64,000 nt of DNA from NCBI GenBank assembly GCA_963716725.1, contig CAVQUB010000005.1, positions 32,001 to 96,000 on the forward strand, written 5' to 3'. The number at the start of each line of letters is the position of its first letter. Position 1 is the stretch's first letter. Shown here one piece after another: positions 57,155 through 64,000 of the stretch. Made by a program: the position numbers and the translations under genes. Below the pieces are notes generated by a model that was not told the origin of the DNA, ran no database searches, and saw only the letters and a program-made list of their open reading frames with translations. The stretch comes from an uncultured delta proteobacterium. GTDB lineage: Bacteria > Myxococcota_A > Polyangia > Polyangiales > Polyangiaceae.

Positions 57155-58954
57155 ATGAAGCGGCTCCTCCTTCTCGGGTGTCTCGCGCTGGCGTTGTCCT
57201 GCACCGATTCCAATGACGACAACGGTCCCAGGGACGCTGGCAGCCAAAGCGACGCCGCCACTCCCAGCGACGCTGGTGGCCAAGGCGACGCCCAACCGGG
57301 CGATGGTGGGACTTGCGTTCCCACATGCGCGGCCGGTCAAGGGTGCGGAAATGATGGCTGCAATACCGATACCTGCGGCATTTGCGCCGCCAACGAGATC
57401 TGTCAACCGGACCTCACTTGTGCCGTGCCGGCCCCGGAAACTTATCTCGCCGTCGTCAACGACTCCGAGACCATCTCCAATTGCATGGCGCCCTGCGCGG
57501 TGCAGTTCGATGTGCAGGCAGCCGAAAACCTCAGTTGGACCCAAGTACGCGACGGTCGCTTCATCTGGAATTTCGACGACGGTGGGTCGACGGCGGACAG
57601 CGAGGGATTTCTCGCCGCGACCGTCTACGAGACACCCGGGACTTACCAGCCGACGGTCACCGTAAACGGCCAAACGTGGACGGCGCAGACCATCCAGGTC
57701 ACGGCGCCCGATTGGGTGGGCTGCGTTTCACCCGCTAGCCTGGGAGTCGGCCGGTTTGACGATTGCCCGGATAGCACCCACCACTATGACGACCTGAACG
57801 CGGCGCTCGGCGCAGCGAGCGGCAGCTTCCACGTACTGCTGGATCGGGCCTCGGCCGCCTCCTACGGCAATCTCCCAGAGAACGCCGGCAAGCCATCCAT
57901 GATTGGTGCCTACGGTGCCGAGGTCACCTTGCCGAAGGTCGGCACCGCAGACGCCCGTCCTCGTTCAAATTGGCGCTACGTGGATCTCGACATCACCGTG
58001 AGCGGCGACGCCGGTATTGGGTTCGTCAACGGCTTCGGCGTGCTGCTGCTTCGCGTCAATTCGCACGGGACGACGAAGTACAATCACATGGCTGCCGATG
58101 ACGGCTTCTTTCTGATCGACAGCCGATTCCGAGGCAATGACTACGTCCTGATCGGCGGCGATGTGGTCCGCCCGACAGCGAAGGGCAGCACCTTTGTTCG
58201 CACGGTGGAGGGTCAGAGCACCTTCCGAATGTCCGGCGGAAAGAAGGAGCTTTACCAGAACTGTTCCTTTGATTGTGACGGTTGTGGCAGCCAAATCGGG
58301 CTCACGATCCGCGCAAACACGGACTGGGTGCTCGTCCAGGGCAACACCTTTCTGGAGAACGCGGGTGCGGCTGCTGACGCCGGCGATCCCAACGTCACCC
58401 ATCGATACATCATCTGGGAGCGCAACCTCTACGACCTCAGGACCGCTGAGCAGAATTTCCAAAACGCTTTCAGCATGCGAGACAGCGTCATTCGGAACAA
58501 TGTGTTGCTCGACCCAGCGAGCGGTGGCGCTGGAGTCGCCATTGCGGTGGGAACGGTATCTGGAGAAGACTCAGGCAATGTGTGGGTGACGAACAACACC
58601 ATCATCCAGAGCAACCCAGACAAGATGGCGGTCCTCTTGGACTGTGTCCTGGGAGGTTGCGTCAACAAGAACAACCTAATGTTCTCCACCGGGAGCTCGT
58701 TCGACAAATGCTTCTCGGGGGGCACGCTTTCAAACAACTGGTGCTACTCGAGCAACTACTGTTTGAATCCGAACGGATCGACCACGCCGTGTTCGGCTCC
58801 GAGCTTCGTGAGCACCGACCCGACGAGTGCCGACTTCGCCCGGCCCGCAGCAAACACGGTGGGCATCAACGCTGGCGACCAGACAGTCCCCGTCTTTGAC
58901 GACTACTTCGGAACACCGCGAACCATGATTGACGTGGGTGCGGTCGAACGATGA
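57155..58954 (+). CDS. Lipoprotein with Cys-rich module, PKD-like domain and parallel beta-helix (pectin-lyase-like) region
   Basis: Lipobox ALSC; CGNDGC..TCG.C; WNFDDG...YETPGTY; IRNN/VTNNT repeats; C-terminal DYFGTPR...DVGAVE. Confidence 0.8.
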   Translation: MKRLLLLGCLALALSCTDSNDDNGPRDAGSQSDAATPSDAGGQGDAQPGDGGTCVPTCAAGQGCGNDGCNTDTCGICAANEICQPDLTCAVPAPETYLAVVNDSETISNCMAPCAVQFDVQAAENLSWTQVRDGRFIWNFDDGGSTADSEGFLAATVYETPGTYQPTVTVNGQTWTAQTIQVTAPDWVGCVSPASLGVGRFDDCPDSTHHYDDLNAALGAASGSFHVLLDRASAASYGNLPENAGKPSMIGAYGAEVTLPKVGTADARPRSNWRYVDLDITVSGDAGIGFVNGFGVLLLRVNSHGTTKYNHMAADDGFFLIDSRFRGNDYVLIGGDVVRPTAKGSTFVRTVEGQSTFRMSGGKKELYQNCSFDCDGCGSQIGLTIRANTDWVLVQGNTFLENAGAAADAGDPNVTHRYIIWERNLYDLRTAEQNFQNAFSMRDSVIRNNVLLDPASGGAGVAIAVGTVSGEDSGNVWVTNNTIIQSNPDKMAVLLDCVLGGCVNKNNLMFSTGSSFDKCFSGGTLSNNWCYSSNYCLNPNGSTTPCSAPSFVSTDPTSADFARPAANTVGINAGDQTVPVFDDYFGTPRTMIDVGAVER

Positions 58955-59173
58955 CGCCCTGGAGCTCCGATCAGGCTGAAGCACGCGAGTTTGCTCGGAC
59001 CGAAACCATCCGAGCGGAATGCCATGGGCTTTCGCGTGGGCGACGAGCTCCGGCAAGGTCACCGTCCAGCGCTCGGTGAGGGCTCGCCAGTCGCCCCCGC
59101 AATACTTCTCCACGAGCTCGGCGGTCTTGCCGCAGAGGAGCGCGGTCAGCTGATCGTGCTTCGGGATCTCCAT
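58730..59173 (-). CDS. Possible small hypothetical protein; 3' end runs antisense into the beta-helix gene
   Basis: First ~65 codons fill the gap after fabH and look coding; the remainder is doubtful. Confidence 0.35.
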   Translation of the reverse strand: MEIPKHDQLTALLCGKTAELVEKYCGGDWRALTERWTVTLPELVAHAKAHGIPLGWFRSEQTRVLQPDRSSRASSFDRTHVNHGSRCSEVVVKDGDCLVASVDAHRVCCGPGEVGTRRVGAHEARSRTRRGRSVRIQTVVARVAPVV

Positions 59174-59227
59174 GGCAGGGGAGGGCGCGCTCGAGTTGCT
59201 CGCCGGCAACGCCGAGTGATCGCGCGC

Positions 59228-60229
59228 TCAGAAGCGCAGGACGGCGCCAGCCCAGGTGAAGCCGGCGCCAAAGGCCGCGAGCAAAACCGTCTTGCCGGCC
59301 GTGAGCCGGCCGTCTTGGATGGCGGCGTCGAGGGCCATGGGGATCGTCGCGGCGGTCGTGTTGCCGTACTTCTCGATGTTGTGCACGACCTTCTCTTCGT
59401 CGATTTCGAGGCGCCAGCCCACCAGTTGATTGATGCGCATGTTCGCCTGGTGCGGCACGAAGAGGTCCACGTCTTTGATCCCGAGGCCGGCCTTGCCGAG
59501 CACCTCGTGGGCGACCGCCGGCATCTTGTCCGTCGCCCAGCGGAAGACCTGCTTGCCCTTCATCTTCGGGAAGTGGCGGCCCTCGTCGATCATCTCTTTG
59601 GTGATGCGCGGGATGTGCTTGGAGGCTGGCGCTTCGAGCCAGAGATCTTGTGCCGCCGAGCCGTCGGCGTGCAGTGCGACGGAGAGCAGCCCGCTCTTTT
59701 CGTCCTTGGCGCGGCCGATCACCGCCGCGCCCGCACCGTCGCCGAACAACACGGCCACGTCGCGACCGCGATCGCTGAAGTCGAGCCCCGTCGAGTGCAC
59801 CTCCGAGCCGACCAGCAGCACGTTCTTGTACGTGCCAGTGCGGATCCAGGCGTCGGCGACGCTGAGCCCGTAGATGAACCCCGAGCACTGGTTGCGGACG
59901 TCGAGCGCGGGCACGCCCGGCAGCCCGAGCTTGTGACCCAAGAGGCAGCCCGAGCCCGGAAAGGTGTAGTCGGGGGAGAGCGTGGCGAAGATGATGGCGT
60001 CGATCTCTTCCTTCTTCACGCCAGCGTGGGCGAGCGCCCGCTCCGAGGCGGGCACCGCCAAGTCGGAGGCCCCGATGCCGTCCTCTTCGATGTAGCGGCG
60101 CTCCTTGATGCCAGAGCGCTGGAAAATCCACTCATCGCTCGTGCTCATCAGCTTGGAGAGGTCGTCGTTGGTCACGACCTTGCTCGGAACGTAGCTGCCA
60201 ACGCCCAATATTGCCGAACGTGCTTCCAT
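59228..60229 (-). CDS. fabH: 3-oxoacyl-ACP synthase III
   Basis: TSDEWI..RSGI.ERR, NQCSGF, LFGDGAGA, PHQAN, YGNT, FGAGFTW. Confidence 0.95.
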   Translation of the reverse strand: MEARSAILGVGSYVPSKVVTNDDLSKLMSTSDEWIFQRSGIKERRYIEEDGIGASDLAVPASERALAHAGVKKEEIDAIIFATLSPDYTFPGSGCLLGHKLGLPGVPALDVRNQCSGFIYGLSVADAWIRTGTYKNVLLVGSEVHSTGLDFSDRGRDVAVLFGDGAGAAVIGRAKDEKSGLLSVALHADGSAAQDLWLEAPASKHIPRITKEMIDEGRHFPKMKGKQVFRWATDKMPAVAHEVLGKAGLGIKDVDLFVPHQANMRINQLVGWRLEIDEEKVVHNIEKYGNTTAATIPMALDAAIQDGRLTAGKTVLLAAFGAGFTWAGAVLRF

Positions 60230-60257
60230 TGCCAATCGCGCGCCGTAACATGGCGCC

Positions 60258-60842
60258 ATGGCGATTCGCAAGATTGCTCAGATGGGGAATCCGGTGCTTC
60301 GAGTGCGGGCCCCAGAGGTTCCACCAGAGGAGATTGGCTCCGCGCGCATCCAGACGCTGATCGACGACATGATCGAGACCATGCGCGACGCCAACGGCGC
60401 TGGAATCGCCGCGCCGCAGGTCCACGAGTCGCTGCGCATGGCGGTGATCGAAGTTCACGGCAACCCTCGCTACCCAGACTTTCCCGGGATCCCGCTCTCG
60501 GTACTGGTTAATCCAATTGTCGAGCCGCTGGTGGCCGTCGATCCGCTCGACGATCGCGACGCCATCGTGATGTACGAGGGCTGCCTGTCGGTGGACGGCA
60601 TCCGCGGTCGTGTCCGACGTCCGCGCGTCGTGCGAGTACGTGGCCTCGACCGCGAGGGCCGCCCCGTCGACTTCACCTGGGAGGGGCTCAGGTCGGCGGT
60701 GGTCCAGCACGAGACCGATCACCTCGACGGCATCCTGTTCATCGACCGCGCCGACCCGCGATCGCTGGCCTTCATCGGGGAATACGACCGCTACGTGCCG
60801 CGCGAAGAGCGCATGGTCGACGGGGTCGAGTTGGTGGAGTGA
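60258..60842 (+). CDS. def: Peptide deformylase
   Basis: GAGIAAPQ, EGCLS, QHETDHLDG. Confidence 0.96.
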   Translation: MAIRKIAQMGNPVLRVRAPEVPPEEIGSARIQTLIDDMIETMRDANGAGIAAPQVHESLRMAVIEVHGNPRYPDFPGIPLSVLVNPIVEPLVAVDPLDDRDAIVMYEGCLSVDGIRGRVRRPRVVRVRGLDREGRPVDFTWEGLRSAVVQHETDHLDGILFIDRADPRSLAFIGEYDRYVPREERMVDGVELVE

Positions 60843-60902
60843 GCAGGCTTGCCTTGCGCCGCACGATGCCTGCTACGATGACTACCCTCGAGCGCCCCGA
60901 CC

Positions 60903-62561
60903 ATGCGACCCAATCCCGGTGACGTCATCGGCGGCAAGTTCCGCATCGTTCGCATGATAGGCGACGGGGGAATGGGCGCCGTCTTCGAGGCGCGCCACGA
61001 GGTCTTGGGCACTAGCGTCGCGCTGAAGTTCCTGCACACGGAGCTCGCGCGGCGTCAGGGGTTGGCCACGCGTTTTCTGCAAGAGGCGCGGGTCTCGGCC
61101 AGCATCCAGAGCCCCCATGTCACCAAGGTCACCGACGTCGAGCAGACCGCGGACGGCACTCCCTACTTGGTCATGGAGCTTTTGACCGGCGAGTCGCTTC
61201 AGCAGCTCCTGGATCGCCAGCGCAAGCTCCCAAAGGATCAGGCCATCGACTTCGTGCTCCAGATCTTGTCTGGGCTCGAGGCCGCGCATGCGCTCGGCGT
61301 CGTGCACCGTGACCTGAAGCCGGACAATGTGTTCATCACTCCCAGCACCGGCGGTCCGGTCTGCAAACTGCTCGACTTCGGCATCGCCAAGCTGCGTCAG
61401 ACCAACGACTACAACAGGGGGCTGACCCGCCCAGGCGCGCTGATGGGCACTCCCGAGTACATGTCGCCCGAGCAGCTCTACTCGGCCGATCGCGTGGACC
61501 ACCGCGCGGATCTCTACTCCATTGGCGTGATGCTGTTCGAATTGCTCGCGGGCGAACGCCCGGCCATCGGCGAAGACGCGGCTGCCATCGTCGGCAACGT
61601 GATGGCCGGCAAGGTGAAGCGCCTCGACCAGCTCGATCCGTCTCTGCCGGGCGAGCTGGTGGCCGTGGTGCACAAGGGCATCGACCCGGACAAGGGCCGG
61701 CGCTTCCAGAGCGCGGTCGAGATGCGCTCGGCCATTGCACCCTTTGCTGGGCAGCTCTCTCACGCGGGCAAGCTCGCAGCGACGCCGGTTCCTGCCGGGG
61801 TTTCCGGCTTTCCTGAGCCCGCGGATCAGCCCGCGGCGCCGGCTGACAAGCCGCCGATCACCGCGGACGAACCTGCGCTCGATCCACCGAAGCCAGGAGT
61901 GGCGCCCACGCTGCCGCCCGAAGACGAGACGGCTCCGGCGCCGCAGCGTCCAGCCACGGTGCGCGACATGCCCGCGCAGGGCGGGACTCAAGAAGCCAGC
62001 AAAGATCTGATCGCGAACATCGCGGCCGAGAACGCCGCAGCTCAGGCGGTGCCCGTGGCGCCGACGCCGCCGGCCTACGCGTCGCGTGCGCCGGTCGCAG
62101 CGCCCTTTCCGGTGCCGCAGCAGTTTCCGTCGGCTCCCCGACGCAAGAGCGGCGGGGGAGGCGGGCTCGTGCTCGCGCTCCTGGGCGGGGTGGTGGTGAT
62201 TGGCGCGATCATCGGCGGGATCATTTGGGTGCGCCAGAACAAGGACACTTCGGGCGGCGACCAACCCATCAACATCGCGGGCACGACTCCGACCACGAAG
62301 ATGACGGGGCAAGGCCCGGCCTATGATCCGCAGCCCCAAGTCCCGCAAGACCCGCCGCCACAGACCGATCCGGGTCCTGGCCCCAAGCCCACGGCGACGG
62401 GCACCAGCAAACCGAAGCCCAAGGATGCCGGCGCCGACCCGGCGCAAGACGCTCAGAGCCCGATGCCGACCTGGCCGCTGCCCATGCCCAGCGGCATGCC
62501 GCCGATCCCCACGTTCCCGTTCCCGATTCCGGTCTGGCCACCGCCGGCGCCGAGCCAGTGA
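60903..62561 (+). CDS. Hanks-type Ser/Thr protein kinase with TM helix and Pro-rich tail
   Basis: GDGGMGAV, VALK, HRDLKPDN, DFG, GTPEYMSPE. Confidence 0.95.
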   Translation: MRPNPGDVIGGKFRIVRMIGDGGMGAVFEARHEVLGTSVALKFLHTELARRQGLATRFLQEARVSASIQSPHVTKVTDVEQTADGTPYLVMELLTGESLQQLLDRQRKLPKDQAIDFVLQILSGLEAAHALGVVHRDLKPDNVFITPSTGGPVCKLLDFGIAKLRQTNDYNRGLTRPGALMGTPEYMSPEQLYSADRVDHRADLYSIGVMLFELLAGERPAIGEDAAAIVGNVMAGKVKRLDQLDPSLPGELVAVVHKGIDPDKGRRFQSAVEMRSAIAPFAGQLSHAGKLAATPVPAGVSGFPEPADQPAAPADKPPITADEPALDPPKPGVAPTLPPEDETAPAPQRPATVRDMPAQGGTQEASKDLIANIAAENAAAQAVPVAPTPPAYASRAPVAAPFPVPQQFPSAPRRKSGGGGGLVLALLGGVVVIGAIIGGIIWVRQNKDTSGGDQPINIAGTTPTTKMTGQGPAYDPQPQVPQDPPPQTDPGPGPKPTATGTSKPKPKDAGADPAQDAQSPMPTWPLPMPSGMPPIPTFPFPIPVWPPPAPSQ

Positions 62562-63355
62562 GCGCGACCGTTTCGCGCCAAGACCACCTCGTGACTCGCA
62601 AAGAACCCTCAGCCGACTACGTGCGGGAGTTCGCCGCCAGTATGTCGCGTGTTTATCGCGCTGCCCACGGCGAGGCCGAGATCCGCGAGCATGCCGGGGC
62701 CGCCACGCGCCGCGGTGGCGCGGCGGTCAACGTAGAGTTGCTCGCACACACCCACGACGCGCTTCGTGACACCCGAAGGGGTGGAGCGCCTGGCGTGATG
62801 TGCGTGGTCGCCGACGACCGTCCCGGTCTCTTGGCGACTATCAGCGCGGCATTTGTCCTGGCGGGGCTCGATGTCATCGACGCTACCGCCCACACACGTA
62901 AGACCTCCGGCGGGCGGCGAGAAGCCGTCGACATGTTCTGGGTGCGCTACACCGAGCCCGCCAAGCGATCCGAGCGCGTGGCTGCCGCAGACGCGGAGGC
63001 CGTTGCGCGCGTGCTCGTCGATTTGCTCGAAGGCAGGCTCGACCGCGAGGTGGCCTCGAGGCGCTCGGTGGGCCCGGCGCCCAAGGCCAGCGAGACCAAG
63101 GTGAGGTTTGTCGAAAACGAAGACGGCGAGCTGGCGACGCTCGAGGTCGAGACCGACGACCGCTCCGGACTCCTGCTCGCGCTCAGCCAGGCGCTCTTCG
63201 ATCAAAAAGTGCAGATCGTCGAGTCCGCGGTGAAGACCGAGGGCGCGCGCGTGCTCGATCGCTTTCAGATCGTCGAGCTCGACGGCAAGCCCATCCAGCC
63301 CCAGCGACGGCTGGAGATCCAGGTTTCGGTGTTGTCTGCGATTCAGGTGGGGTGA
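62558..63355 (+). CDS. Stand-alone tandem ACT-domain protein resembling the GlnD C-terminus
   Basis: DDRPGLL...AVDMFWV and LEVETDDRSGLL..LS...VKTEGARVLDRF; no nucleotidyltransferase or HD domain. Confidence 0.8.
   Translation: MSATVSRQDHLVTRKEPSADYVREFAASMSRVYRAAHGEAEIREHAGAATRRGGAAVNVELLAHTHDALRDTRRGGAPGVMCVVADDRPGLLATISAAFVLAGLDVIDATAHTRKTSGGRREAVDMFWVRYTEPAKRSERVAAADAEAVARVLVDLLEGRLDREVASRRSVGPAPKASETKVRFVENEDGELATLEVETDDRSGLLLALSQALFDQKVQIVESAVKTEGARVLDRFQIVELDGKPIQPQRRLEIQVSVLSAIQVG
62757..62783 (+). repeat. 27-bp module P inserted in frame (adds DALRDTRRG)
   Basis: ACGCGCTTCGTGACACCCGAAGGGGTG, equal to the 54-mer without its central Q; hairpin CACCC-GAAG-GGGTG. Confidence 0.8.
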
Positions 63356-63424
63356 GTGCGGTCCGGGGCGCGGGCCCACTGGCTGCGGTTGGACTCACCA
63401 CGAAGTCGAGCCAAGGGCGCGCTG

Positions 63425-64000
63425 CTACCTCGGGCGCTCGTCCCGAATGGCTCGGAGCTCGTCGCCTTGGGCGACCCTGTTCTCGAATTCGGGATCGAAG
63501 CCGACCCGCGCGAGGGCCCTCGCGAGGGTGACGTTGGTCGTCGATCGATAGCGTGATGCGAGCTTGCGCGCGCCCAACGCGCCTAGGACCGAGAGCGCGG
63601 CGTCTGCCGCGCCGGAACCGATGCGTTCGCCCAAGCGACCGTCGTCGCGATCGGGTCCGGTGATGAACGACGGGCGCGCCAGAGTGTGCGGCAGTCCCGA
63701 GTCCCGGATCTCGCGCTCGAGTCGGGCGCGCACACTCAGGTAGGCATTGTTGGTGTTCGGTGCGGCGCCGACGCTCGACAGATAGACGAAGCGCGGGCGA
63801 AGGCCCGAGGCCACGGCCGCCCGCAAGAGCAGGGCGGTGAGACCGTAGTCCACGCTCTCGTAGTCGTCTTGACCCCCGGACGCGCGACCTCGAGCCCTGG
63901 TGGTGCCGAGCAGGGCGTAGACCACCAACGGGCTGTGCCGACGCAGCGCCTCGAGCATGGCCGCGTCGTCCCAAGCCGTCGCGTCGACGCTGGCGCCGAG
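63425..64000 (-). CDS. NAD(P)-binding atypical SDR/NmrA-like protein, 5' end outside the window
   Basis: YALLGTT, VDYGLT, FVYLSSVGA, YL.VR..LE, ARPSFITG. Confidence 0.8.
   Translation of the reverse strand, partial: LGASVDATAWDDAAMLEALRRHSPLVVYALLGTTRARGRASGGQDDYESVDYGLTALLLRAAVASGLRPRFVYLSSVGAAPNTNNAYLSVRARLEREIRDSGLPHTLARPSFITGPDRDDGRLGERIGSGAADAALSVLGALGARKLASRYRSTTNVTLARALARVGFDPEFENRVAQGDELRAIRDERPR

Overview
High-GC bacterial chromosome segment. The gene content (MYXO-CTERM-like sorting tail, AgmX/PglI-domain protein, many Gly-rich lipoproteins, Ser/Thr kinase, PP2C) points to Myxococcota, probably Polyangiales (inference). It contains: a rolling-circle IS91/ISCR-type transposase gene split by an IS4/IS50-like element; rpiA; an ECF sigma gene with a putative anti-sigma partner; tRNA-Gln(TTG); a CarH-type B12 photoreceptor with crtY-crtE-crtI-crtB, divergent from an ABC exporter and class II photolyase; ccmE-hemE-hemG; a dnaA with DnaA boxes but no dnaN; tldD/tldE; fabH; def. 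The most striking observation is a family of 27-bp (9-codon) hairpin modules, here called P and Q. They occur singly, side by side or nested (54 bp) at five sites, always adding a multiple of 3 bp inside coding sequence, and their stems show compensatory base-pair changes. One copy is the target site of the IS50-like element. All calls come from reading the sequence and recognising motifs; no database searches were run.
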